From Anaerolineae bacterium (GTDB taxonomy: Bacteria > Chloroflexota > Anaerolineae > S140-20): a stretch of 64,000 nt of DNA. The stretch covers positions 19,310 to 83,309 of the forward strand of contig JALUTT010000164.1 of the NCBI GenBank assembly GCA_027021705.1, given 5' to 3'. The notes under the pieces are model-generated. The model worked only from the letters and a program-made list of their open reading frames with translations, had not been told where the DNA came from and searched no databases. Each line of letters starts with the position of its first letter. The first letter of the stretch is position 1. The position numbers were made by a program, and so were the translations under genes. Below, piece by piece: positions 46,351 to 55,584 of the stretch.

Positions 46351-46430
46351 AAACTGCGGGAAACTACGGTTTTGCTTCGGGGGGGTGCGGGAAATGGCCA
46401 AAAACTGCGAGAAACTGCGAGAAACTGCGG
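46351..46430 (+). repeat. 10-bp-period AAACTRCG direct repeats (candidate operator)
   Basis: Units at 46351, 46361, 46402, 46412 and 46422. Confidence 0.8.
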
Positions 46431-46462
46431 AGTGCGGGGCCTTAGAATGGGCTCAACAGCGC

Positions 46463-46491
46463 TTGAAATCCCCGCCAAGCTGTGCTACAAT
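46463..46491 (+). promoter_or_regulatory. Sigma-70 promoter TTGAAA-N17-TACAAT (with extended TG) for the kinase operon
   Basis: ttgaaa 46463-68; tgctacaat 46483-91. Confidence 0.75.
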
Positions 46492-46662
46492 AGAGAAGCC
46501 CCTAACGACGCAGAATACCCCGCAGGGCTCCACGAAACCAAGACGGCGGTCAGGGCCGTCAGGCCCTGGTGAGCGTCACGGCAGCCCATCAGCCCGCCGA
46601 CCTTCCGCATCCTCGGCGGGCTTCGCCTATCCCATCCCTGGTTCTCTTCGACCGGAGGCACG

Positions 46663-48660
46663 ATGCCGATACCCGTGGACAGCCCGCTCATCGGCCTGCG
46701 CTTGGGTAGACGTTATGAGATTCAAGAGCCCCTGGGCGGAGGAGGGATGGCCCTCGTCTTCGTAGCCCACGATTCCATCCTCGACCGCCTAGTGGCCATC
46801 AAAGCGGTCGAACTCCGACCCGAGGCCGTTGAGACGTTTATCCGCGAAGCCCGCACCATCGCCCGGTTGGACCATCCCCACATCCTGGACGTCTACGACC
46901 TGGGAACCGAGCAAATCGGCGAAGAGAATCTGGTCTACCTGGTGATGCAACTGGCCAGCGGTGGCGCGCTGACCAACCGGTTGCGCGAAGGTCCTCTACC
47001 TCCTAATGAGGTAAAACGCATCCTGTATCAGGTGAGCAATGCATTGGACTACGCCCACCGCCAGGGGGTTGTCCATCTCGATCTGAAACCCGCCAACATC
47101 CTCTTTGACGAGCACGGCAACGTGCTGGTGGCCGACTTCGGCTTGGCCCAATTGCTCTACAACGCCGATCCCGTCAAGGCCGACGCTTTCGTCGGCACAC
47201 TGGCCTATACGCCGCCTGAGCAGATGTTGGGCCGAGAGATCACCCCGGCCTCCGATGTCTACGCGCTGGGCCTCGCCCTCCACGAAATGTTGACGGGCGA
47301 ACTGCCGGAACGAGAATGGACCGACGAAGGACTCATCTCCCATCCGGCACCCTCGCTTCCGCCTGCCATCCGCGCCGTTCTCGAAAAGGCCACCCACCAC
47401 CATTCCGGTCAGCGCTACGCCACAGCCGGGGAGTTGGCCGAGGCGTTTGCGGAGGCCCTGGCACGCTCCTCGTTCGGCCTGCACGCACGACGGGAACCCT
47501 CACCCATTCCTCCAGGACCGTCTGTCGAGGTGCCGACAGAAGCCGGTGTCCTACGGCGGTGGCCTGGACCGATGCTGCGCCTTGGCCTGATTTCGGTCCT
47601 GGTGCTTATCGCAGTCGGCCTCTCATTGCTGGGATGGGAGCGGTGGAAAGCGCGGGGGCTTGCGGATCGGGCCTCGGCAGCTCTCCCTTCGTCCCATTCG
47701 TCCGATGCTCCCACCCCGTCCCCGTCACCGCTTCCCACCCCTACTCCCACCTTCACGCCATCCCCCTCGCCGTCACCAACGCCCCAGCCGTCGCCCACGC
47801 CGCTCCTAACACCAACCCCTTCTGTTCGCTATGCCCTCATACGGGTCGAGCGTCTAAGCGTTTATGCCGGGCCTGGAGAGCAATGCCAAAAATTGGGGGA
47901 GGTTTATCGGGGAAGCCGCCTGCCCCTGCGAGGTCGAACGGCCGATGGCGCCTGGTGGCAGGTGGAATACTTGGGGCGGGAAGGCTGGATCCGAGCTCAA
48001 CCGATCAGGGCCGATATGCCCATAGAGGCCATCCCAATCGTGAACCCACCCCCTTGCCCAACGGCCCTCCCTACGGTTTCGCCCACGCCGACAGCGTCGC
48101 CGACACCCCGCCCCCTCGAACTGAGTAGCTCATTCCGTCTGCAGAACCCCGGCTTTGAGGGGATCCGGGACAACATCATCCCCGGCTGGAACTGGTGGGC
48201 CTTCGACAACTATTCTCCGAAGGAGGATTACGACCCTGCTACCAGCTTCGAGACGCCTCTCTTCAAACAGGCCGACGATCCAGCCCGTTTCATCAACGGA
48301 CCAACCCTGCAGGTTGACGGGGCGGGATTCCTGAAATTCCGCGCTTATGTCTTCCAATCCGTCAACGTAGGCCCCGGTACCGCCGTGCGTTTCTCCGCCG
48401 CAGCCAGCGCGTATACCGATGCCAAAGCGATCAACGTCGCCGTCGGCGTGGACCCCAACGGGGGTCCTGGCTGTCAGAACGCCCACTGGGGCACGGTGCG
48501 GGAGCTCCATCAGAACGATGGGGTAGTGCGGTTGGTTGCTCCGTTGGTGACGGCGGGACCCACCGGCTGGGTGACGCTTTGCCTCTACGCCGAGCCCCTC
48601 TATCCTGCCGTCAACAACGCGGCTTTCTTCGACGACGCCGTGTTGATCGTGATACCCTAG
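46663..48660 (+). CDS. Transmembrane Hanks-type Ser/Thr kinase with an extracellular SH3-like domain and a jelly-roll domain
   Basis: LGGGGMALV, VAIK, HLDLKPAN, DFG; TM segment; PT linker; VYAGPG...WWQVEY..GWI. Confidence 0.9.
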   Translation: MPIPVDSPLIGLRLGRRYEIQEPLGGGGMALVFVAHDSILDRLVAIKAVELRPEAVETFIREARTIARLDHPHILDVYDLGTEQIGEENLVYLVMQLASGGALTNRLREGPLPPNEVKRILYQVSNALDYAHRQGVVHLDLKPANILFDEHGNVLVADFGLAQLLYNADPVKADAFVGTLAYTPPEQMLGREITPASDVYALGLALHEMLTGELPEREWTDEGLISHPAPSLPPAIRAVLEKATHHHSGQRYATAGELAEAFAEALARSSFGLHARREPSPIPPGPSVEVPTEAGVLRRWPGPMLRLGLISVLVLIAVGLSLLGWERWKARGLADRASAALPSSHSSDAPTPSPSPLPTPTPTFTPSPSPSPTPQPSPTPLLTPTPSVRYALIRVERLSVYAGPGEQCQKLGEVYRGSRLPLRGRTADGAWWQVEYLGREGWIRAQPIRADMPIEAIPIVNPPPCPTALPTVSPTPTASPTPRPLELSSSFRLQNPGFEGIRDNIIPGWNWWAFDNYSPKEDYDPATSFETPLFKQADDPARFINGPTLQVDGAGFLKFRAYVFQSVNVGPGTAVRFSAAASAYTDAKAINVAVGVDPNGGPGCQNAHWGTVRELHQNDGVVRLVAPLVTAGPTGWVTLCLYAEPLYPAVNNAAFFDDAVLIVIP

Positions 48661-48673
48661 GAACGGTCATCCT

Positions 48674-51409
48674 ATGCAAGCAGACCTCCTCGGCATACGC
48701 CTGAACGGGCGATACGAGCTGCAACATTTCCTGGGTAGAGGAGGGATGGCCCTCGTCCTGACCGCCCACGATCACGTCCTTGACCGCCAAGTGGCCGTCA
48801 AGATCGTCCGACCGGATCTCACCTGGTCCTCCGACGCTGCCGATACCTTCATCCGCGAGGCTCGCATCATCGCCCGGCTGGACCATCCTCACATCTTACA
48901 CATCTACGACTTGGGCACCGAGCGCATCGGCCACAAACCCCTCGTCTACCTGGTGATGCAATGGGCCGGCGGTGGAACCCTAGCCCATCGGCTGGAGGCC
49001 GGCCCCCTCCCCCCTGACGAGGTTCAGAAGATCCTGCAACAGGTGGGCGATGCGCTGGACTACGCCCACCGCCAAGGTGTCATTCACCTCGACTTGAAGC
49101 CGGCCAACATCCTCTTCGACGAGCACGGCAACGCGCTGGTGGCCGACTTCGGCCTGGCCAAGCTGCTGCAGGAAACGACCCACGCGAAGGCCGACACGGG
49201 TGTGGGCACGCCCGCCTATATGGCCCCTGAACAGTGGTTAGGAGGGAAAGTCAGCCCCTCCTCCGACGTCTACGCCCTGGGCCTCATCCTATATCAGATG
49301 CTGACAGGCCAACTGCCGGAGCGCAAGTGGACAGAACAAGGACCCGTCCCCCAGCCGGAGGCCTCTCTGCCACCGGACGCCCGCCCGATCATTGAAAAGG
49401 CCATCCAAACCGATCCCAACCGGCGCTACGCCACCGCAGGCGAGATGGTTCGGGCCTTTTTGGAAACGTCCCGCCCCCAGCAGGTCACCGCGAGGCCATC
49501 TTGGCACAAGGCGCTCCCTGAAAGAGAACCCGAACCGGAGATTCAGGAGAGCCGGCGGAAGATCCCTCTACGCCCTCTCGCCATCGGGATGGCCCTCATC
49601 ATCGTTATCGTGGGGCTCCTGCTCTCGGGGGCGGGATTGCAACGATCCCGGGGGACAGCAGGGAAGGAGGCAGCAGCCCTCGCTGCCCTGCCAGCCTCCA
49701 CGGTCATCACCACGGCTACCTTTACGCCGACACCGACACCCTCACCCTCACCCTCACCTTCGCCCTCTCCCACACCCTCTCTCACCCCATCATTGACCCC
49801 CACCCCGTCACCGGTCCCCTATGCTGTGGTGATCGTAGAACGAGCGACCATTTACGCCGGGCCGGGAGAGACCTACGAGCCCCTGGGGGAGGTAAAACGG
49901 GGCGACCGCCTTCTCGTGAGAGGACGGTTAGCCGATGGAGAATGGCTGCAAGTGGATTACGTGGGGTGGCTGGGATGGATATCGGCGCAGGCCGTGACCC
50001 TCTCCCTTCCTCCCACCAGCCTTCCCCTCGTCGAAACCCCACCTATTCCAACCTTGACCCCCACACCGGTCCCAACGGCCACACCAATGCCCACGCCGAC
50101 TCCAGCCTGTCCCACAGAGCCAACCGGTGAGTTTGCGTATCTGTGGCGCAACCCCTTGGTACAGGACCGTCTGGGCTGCCCCTTTGACTCCCCCTCCATC
50201 ATCAAGGGGGTCATCGAGGCATTCCAGAACGGCTTGATGTACTGGCGGGAAGACCTACGGTGGATCTACGTCATCTACAACGACGGACACTGGGAGAGTT
50301 ACGAGGACACCTGGGCACCACCCGAACCGGAGCGAATCGGGCTAACCCCTCCCCCCGGCCTGGTGGAACCCCGGCGGGGCTTCGGCAAAGTCTGGAGGGA
50401 ACAACTCGGTGGCCCTGAAGCCGCCATCGGTTGGGCCACCGAGGAGGAATACCCGCTGCCATCCAGGATCCAGAACTACGAGCGGGGGATGATCCTGGAG
50501 GTCAATTCGGTCACTTACCTGCTCTACAGCGATATGAGCTGGCAAGATGCGAGGATGATCCCACCATCTCCCCCGACCCCGACAGCGCCGCCGGAGCCTA
50601 TAGGCCTCCCCTCCCACTGGCGCATCGTCTTCGCCTCCGAGCGGTCGGGCAACATCGAGCTCTACATCATGAATGCCGACGGCAGCGACCAGCGCCGGCT
50701 GACCGACAACCCGGCCGAGGACGACCGCCCCGCCGTCTCCCCCGACGGACAGTGGATCGCCTTCCAGTCCGACCGCGATGGGAACTCGGAAATCTACGTG
50801 ATGCGGGTGGACGGTAGCGAGCTGCGGCGGGTGACGACCAACCCAGGCAAGGACCACCTGCCCAAGTGGTCGCCCGACGGTCGGTGGATCCTCTTCAGCT
50901 CCGAGCGAAACGGCGTCTTCGATCTCTACGCCATCCGTCCCGATGGCACCGGTCTGCGCCGGATCACCCGGGACGAGTTCTACGACGGGTACGCCAGTTG
51001 GTCCAAAGGCGACTGGATCGTCTACCACTCCGGCGAGGGAGAGAAAGCCTACACCACCTGGGAGATCGTCGTGATCAAGGCCGACGGCAGCGGCCGCCGC
51101 CAGCTCACCCACAACGACGTCAACGACTGGTCGCCCAACTGGTCACCCGACGGACGGAGCATCCTCTTCATCAGCCGGCGAGGGGGCGACCCCGCCATCT
51201 ATATGATGGACGCCGACGGCAGTAACCCCCGCCTGGTGTACGACAGCCCCGGCTACGAATGGGGAGCTTCCTTCTCGCCCGACGGCCAGTGGATCGCCTT
51301 CACCTCTGACCAAAGCGGCGAGCACGAGGTCTACGTGATGAAGAGCGACGGCAGCTACGTCACCCGCCTGACCTACGAAGGGGGATGGTACCCGAGCTGG
51401 GTGCCCTGA
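48674..51409 (+). CDS. Transmembrane Ser/Thr kinase with an SH3-like domain, an LGCP/RGFGKVW domain and a TolB-like (PD40) propeller
   Basis: LGRGGMA, VAVK, HLDLKPAN, DFG, GTPAYMAPE; repeated SPDGxWIxFxSxR. Confidence 0.9.
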   Translation: MQADLLGIRLNGRYELQHFLGRGGMALVLTAHDHVLDRQVAVKIVRPDLTWSSDAADTFIREARIIARLDHPHILHIYDLGTERIGHKPLVYLVMQWAGGGTLAHRLEAGPLPPDEVQKILQQVGDALDYAHRQGVIHLDLKPANILFDEHGNALVADFGLAKLLQETTHAKADTGVGTPAYMAPEQWLGGKVSPSSDVYALGLILYQMLTGQLPERKWTEQGPVPQPEASLPPDARPIIEKAIQTDPNRRYATAGEMVRAFLETSRPQQVTARPSWHKALPEREPEPEIQESRRKIPLRPLAIGMALIIVIVGLLLSGAGLQRSRGTAGKEAAALAALPASTVITTATFTPTPTPSPSPSPSPSPTPSLTPSLTPTPSPVPYAVVIVERATIYAGPGETYEPLGEVKRGDRLLVRGRLADGEWLQVDYVGWLGWISAQAVTLSLPPTSLPLVETPPIPTLTPTPVPTATPMPTPTPACPTEPTGEFAYLWRNPLVQDRLGCPFDSPSIIKGVIEAFQNGLMYWREDLRWIYVIYNDGHWESYEDTWAPPEPERIGLTPPPGLVEPRRGFGKVWREQLGGPEAAIGWATEEEYPLPSRIQNYERGMILEVNSVTYLLYSDMSWQDARMIPPSPPTPTAPPEPIGLPSHWRIVFASERSGNIELYIMNADGSDQRRLTDNPAEDDRPAVSPDGQWIAFQSDRDGNSEIYVMRVDGSELRRVTTNPGKDHLPKWSPDGRWILFSSERNGVFDLYAIRPDGTGLRRITRDEFYDGYASWSKGDWIVYHSGEGEKAYTTWEIVVIKADGSGRRQLTHNDVNDWSPNWSPDGRSILFISRRGGDPAIYMMDADGSNPRLVYDSPGYEWGASFSPDGQWIAFTSDQSGEHEVYVMKSDGSYVTRLTYEGGWYPSWVP

Positions 51410-51467
51410 GGGTGTGGTCGTGAGCGTCCGCAACTGGAGAGCCAGAGCGAGCGCAGACCGCTGCGGC

Positions 51468-51674
51468 TCAGAACACCACCCGCCCGCTGACCAGAAGGCA
51501 AAGGCAGCCCAGAACGGTGATGTTCAGGAAGAGCATCAACGAGAGGAGCCATCGCTGCTGCGGCGTCAGTGCCCGCAAGAGCTGGCTCAACTGTGTGACT
51601 CTCCCGGCTTCTTCCTCGTAGTAAGGTTCCTCAGCCATTGCCTGGGCCGAGCGTTCTCGCAGGTCCTCAAACAT
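51468..51674 (-). CDS. Small membrane protein
   Basis: AGGGGAGG RBS before a minus-strand ATG; C-terminal hydrophobic helix. Confidence 0.6.
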   Translation of the reverse strand: MFEDLRERSAQAMAEEPYYEEEAGRVTQLSQLLRALTPQQRWLLSLMLFLNITVLGCLCLLVSGRVVF

Positions 51675-51740
51675 AGGTCCCTCCCCTTTGCCAATGAATG
51701 GGCCAACAACTGTCCGCCTTGACCGACGTCCTGGCTAGCG

Positions 51741-52574
51741 TCAACGGCTGCGCTCCCACTCCCGGATCGCCTCTTGGAGGACGCGCCGGATCAGGGGATC
51801 CGGCACCTCCGTCGGCGAGGCGTAGAAGGCTGTGTCCACCTGGATGCGCAGCGTCCCATCGGGAGCTTGAGTGACGTGGACCTGACGGTCTTGCAGGGCC
51901 GGCTCGGCCAGGAGCCGCCGCTGCAGGATCGCCTCGATCTCCTCCGCCAGGTTCAACCGGATGCCGGGCCGCTCCCAAAGCCGCATATCCTGCCGGCGAA
52001 AGGGCACCGGGTCCATACTCAGCAGGGGACGCGAGCGCTTGGGCGGTGGGCTTCCCTGGCGGGCCAACTCCCGCAGGAAGGCCGCAGCCGCCTCGGGATC
52101 GGCCGGTGCAGTTCCTTCCCCCGCTGCAGGGGGCTCCGCCGACCCGCCAGGGGTAGGTGTCCTGGAGGCAACCTGTTGTGCTCCGGGACGGACGGCCACT
52201 GCCGGCCCGGCAAAAGCGATCAGGTCCTGGATGATGGCCACCACCTGTCGGCCCACACCCCCATCTCGAATCTCCGTCAGGTGGCGGTAGCGTTGACCCT
52301 CCACCTCGACCACCAGCCGGCCCTCCTGGTCCCGCAGGAGACGCATCACCGGCCGCAGGTCCGTGACCACCTCAGGCCGGTGGGCTGGCTCTGCTTCCTG
52401 CCGGACCACCTCTTGAGCCGAAGACGCCTCCACAGGACGGGACTCCCTCCGCCGTTTCCCCTGATCCTTTCCCCCACCCATATAGCGCAGGAGCAAGACC
52501 AGAAGCCCGCCGGCGATCAGAAAGGACAACCCGGTCGCTGCCAACAACAGTTCGGGAGGCCAAGTTCCAATCAT
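51741..52574 (-). CDS. Hypothetical protein with an N-terminal TM helix
   Basis: AGGAGG RBS; hydrophobic N-terminus; two globular segments joined by a Pro/Ala linker. Confidence 0.65.
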   Translation of the reverse strand: MIGTWPPELLLAATGLSFLIAGGLLVLLLRYMGGGKDQGKRRRESRPVEASSAQEVVRQEAEPAHRPEVVTDLRPVMRLLRDQEGRLVVEVEGQRYRHLTEIRDGGVGRQVVAIIQDLIAFAGPAVAVRPGAQQVASRTPTPGGSAEPPAAGEGTAPADPEAAAAFLRELARQGSPPPKRSRPLLSMDPVPFRRQDMRLWERPGIRLNLAEEIEAILQRRLLAEPALQDRQVHVTQAPDGTLRIQVDTAFYASPTEVPDPLIRRVLQEAIREWERSR

Positions 52575-52649
52575 CGCAACCCTCCTAAACCTCTACCACC
52601 GACTTCTTACATACCGTCCCACACACTATGCGGTACGCAACACATCCCT

Positions 52650-53756
52650 TTAGCCGACCCGCCGTAGATCGCGGGGGAAGGTCGTCAGACTCTCACATCC
52701 CGCTTCTGTGATCACCACATCATCCTCGATGCGCACCCCTCCGCGCCCTGGCAGATAGATGCCCGGCTCCACCGTGAAGGTCATCCCCGGTTGCAGAACC
52801 AGCCCATTGCCCTCGACGATGTAGGGCGGTTCGTGCACCTCCAGGCCGATGCCGTGGCCCGTACGATGGATGAAAAAGTCACCGTAGCCGGCTTCTTCGA
52901 TGACCCGCCGGGCTGCCCGGTCCACCTCCTGAGCCGGCACCCCCGGACCGACGGCTGCTCGTCCCGCCTCATTGGCCCTTTGCACCACCTGGTAGATCTG
53001 CGCCATCTCTGGGTCCGGCTCCCCCACCGCAAAAGTGCGGGTGATGTCGGAGATGTAGCCGTCGAGGACGACGCCGCAGTCCACGATCAACATATCTCCC
53101 GGGCGCAGGGGGTGACCGCCAGGCAGCGCATGGGGCAGTGCACCGTTGGGGCCGGTCAACACCAAGGGCTCAAAGGCCAGCCCCTCCGCCCCTTCCTCCA
53201 GAAAGGCCCTCCAGAGCCGGTTGGCCACCTCCCGCTCCGTCATCCCCGGCTGCAGGGAATCCACCACCCGCTGTAGCGCCGCTTCCGTCAGGCGCACTGC
53301 CTGACGCATCCGGTCCACTTCCTCCGGCTCCTTGGTCATCCGCAGGGTGCTCAAAAGCGGCTCTGCCTCCACCAGGTCGAAATGAGGGACGACCTGCTGC
53401 AAGAGCGTCAGTTCCGTCACCCGCATCGTCAGGTACTCGACGGCCAGGCGGCGGCCCTCTATCCCCAACGCTTGAGCCGCCCGGCGGAAAGCCACCGTTG
53501 GCCCTTCCTCGTCCGTGTACGGGAAGAACTGCCACGCCAGGGGAAAGGGACCCCGCTGGGCCTTCGTCACCTCCAGAGCCGGCAGGGCCAGGGTGGGAGG
53601 CCGATCCGGGGCGAGGAAAGCCACCAACGGTCGTTCGCTCAAGGGAAAGCGCAGACCGGTCAGGTAGAACAGGTTAGCTCCTGGCATCAGCGCCAAGCAA
53701 TCGACCCGCCGATCCGCCATCACCCGGTACAGCCGTTCCAATCGTTGTGCAAGCAT
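52650..53756 (-). CDS. Xaa-Pro peptidase (M24B family)
   Basis: Creatinase-like N-domain; D...YISDITRT, HRTGHGIGLEVHE, TVEPGIY, RIED. Confidence 0.92.
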   Translation of the reverse strand: MLAQRLERLYRVMADRRVDCLALMPGANLFYLTGLRFPLSERPLVAFLAPDRPPTLALPALEVTKAQRGPFPLAWQFFPYTDEEGPTVAFRRAAQALGIEGRRLAVEYLTMRVTELTLLQQVVPHFDLVEAEPLLSTLRMTKEPEEVDRMRQAVRLTEAALQRVVDSLQPGMTEREVANRLWRAFLEEGAEGLAFEPLVLTGPNGALPHALPGGHPLRPGDMLIVDCGVVLDGYISDITRTFAVGEPDPEMAQIYQVVQRANEAGRAAVGPGVPAQEVDRAARRVIEEAGYGDFFIHRTGHGIGLEVHEPPYIVEGNGLVLQPGMTFTVEPGIYLPGRGGVRIEDDVVITEAGCESLTTFPRDLRRVG

Positions 53757-53889
53757 CGCTTCCTCCCTGGCACTCTACGGTTGGTCCCCCCAATTATAAC
53801 ATCTCTTCCCAAAAAGCGAAACTTTTTCGCCCCTTTGGAGTATTAGCAGGTAGAGCAGGAAGGCTCTTCTCTACACCGGAGGTAAAACG

Positions 53890-54099
53890 ATGCGCAAGTT
53901 CCTCAGTTTTCTGGCGGGAGCAGTCAGCGGTGCCACTGTAGGAGCGACCGTCGCGCTTCTCCTGACCCCGGGATCCGGCCCCGAACTCCGCCAGCAGTTC
54001 AGCATGCGCCTGGCCGAGTTAATTGACGAGAGCAAACGTGCTGCCGTAGAACGGCGGATCGAACTGGAGACCCAATTGGCCGACCTGAAGAAGGGCTGA
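53890..54099 (+). CDS. YtxH-domain protein
   Basis: FLAGAVSGATVGATVALLLTPGSGPELR. Confidence 0.8.
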   Translation: MRKFLSFLAGAVSGATVGATVALLLTPGSGPELRQQFSMRLAELIDESKRAAVERRIELETQLADLKKG

Positions 54100-54300
54100 T
54101 GCCAAGCCCTTGGAGGACATCTTCCATCCCACCCCGGCCCTGTTCCGCTCGACCAGGCGGCCACCTGGCTATCCGACCGCCGCCTGCCGCTTGTTGCCTG
54201 CCGCCCACCTGGCTGACCGACCGCTTGGCCCTCTGACCACCCGACTATCTGACCACCTGACTACCTCCCCATCTTCCCCGTTGCTCACCCTCCCGAAAGG

Positions 54301-54309
54301 TGTTATAAT
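54301..54309 (+). promoter_or_regulatory. Extended -10 (TGTTATAAT) for the coiled-coil/selB operon
   Basis: Consensus TGnTATAAT 43 nt before ATG 54352. Confidence 0.65.
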
Positions 54310-54351
54310 CTCCTCCACCATCCGTTGATAGCTTGCCAAACGAGGGAGATT

Positions 54352-55578
54352 ATGGCGACCCAGGCAATGGACATCACCCAGTTGACCCAATTGGTGCGCT
54401 GGCTGGAGGCCGAGCGCCGCAAGGATCGGGCCATCATCCAGGCTCTCCAGGAAAAGGTGGAGAGCCAGGCCAACGAACTTACCCTTCAGGCCCGTCGGAT
54501 CAACGAGTTGGAGGGCCGGCTGGCCCAGACTAGGGCCGAACTCACCCGCTTCAAGCAGATCGAGCAGGCCATCGAGCAGTTGCGGGAGGAGCTGACCCAA
54601 CTGGTGGAACGCAACGAAGTCAAGCGCCTCAAGGCGGAACAGGAGATGAAACGGCTGCGGGAGGTGGAACGGGAGGACATCGCCCGCCAGTTGGGAGAGC
54701 TACGCAAGATGGTCCGTCCCCTGCTACAATTGCCCGAAGGCCTGACTTCCCTGCGCACCGAGGACTCCCGCCTCAACGGGATGATCATAACCCTTCAACA
54801 GGCCCTAAAGGACCTGGAGCGGCTTCTGGAGAACCGGACCGAGCCCTTGGCCTATCTGGACGAGCACGTGCGTCAGAACAACCGTCGCATCCAAGAGATT
54901 GCCGAGCAGATTCCCCCCCTCTACAAGCAACTAGGAGAACTGGAGGACAAACTACCGCTGCTAGAACAAGGAATCCAGCGCAAGAACAAAGCGATAGACG
55001 AGGCAGCCGAACTGCTCCAACAGCAGGCCCAACTCATCGAGGCCCAACGAGTAGACCACTTTCGCTGGGAACAACAGGCTGCTGAGTGGGCCGAACTGGT
55101 GGAAGAGATTCAGAAGAAAGCCGATTTGCTGGCAGCCCAGTCTCAGCGCTTCGTAGAGCAACGGGAGGAGGTCCGGCGGGCCCTGGCTCGGCTCCAGGAA
55201 TTTCAAGAGCGCCTGGCCGTCCAGATGAACGAAGTGGCAGAGCGCCAGCGACTGGCCGAAGAGCGACAGAAGCGGACGTTGGAGGAGTGGCAGGCTGAGC
55301 GGGCCCGCGATTGGAAGCACTTCACCGTGCTCAACGATGAACGGTGGCGGGAAAACGCCCGTCACACCCAAAAGATCGTCTCCCGTATTTCTGCCATCGA
55401 GTCCCACCTACCGACCCTCTACGACCAGATCCAGGCGCTGTGGGAGGTGGAAGAAACCTGGGCTCAAACCTTTATGGTAGGCCCCCGTGAGTGGCTGGCC
55501 CACTGGAACGACCTGGTGAAACGACGGATCCCTACGCCGGAACTGGAGAAGCCGACCAGAAGAGAGCAGGGGGGATAG
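54352..55578 (+). CDS. Long coiled-coil protein
   Basis: E/Q/R/L-rich heptads throughout; ATG follows GAGGGAG. Confidence 0.75.
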   Translation: MATQAMDITQLTQLVRWLEAERRKDRAIIQALQEKVESQANELTLQARRINELEGRLAQTRAELTRFKQIEQAIEQLREELTQLVERNEVKRLKAEQEMKRLREVEREDIARQLGELRKMVRPLLQLPEGLTSLRTEDSRLNGMIITLQQALKDLERLLENRTEPLAYLDEHVRQNNRRIQEIAEQIPPLYKQLGELEDKLPLLEQGIQRKNKAIDEAAELLQQQAQLIEAQRVDHFRWEQQAAEWAELVEEIQKKADLLAAQSQRFVEQREEVRRALARLQEFQERLAVQMNEVAERQRLAEERQKRTLEEWQAERARDWKHFTVLNDERWRENARHTQKIVSRISAIESHLPTLYDQIQALWEVEETWAQTFMVGPREWLAHWNDLVKRRIPTPELEKPTRREQGG

Positions 55579-55584
55579 GCAAGT

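Noticed and set aside
53841..53870. AGGCTCTTC upstream of the YtxH gene as another ECF promoter
   Set aside because: The -35 position reads TATTAG, with no GTAAY.
54160..54270. Degenerate ctgacc(a)c / gcctgcc short repeats
   Set aside because: Low-complexity intergenic repeats with no associated gene or clear structure; too weak to call.
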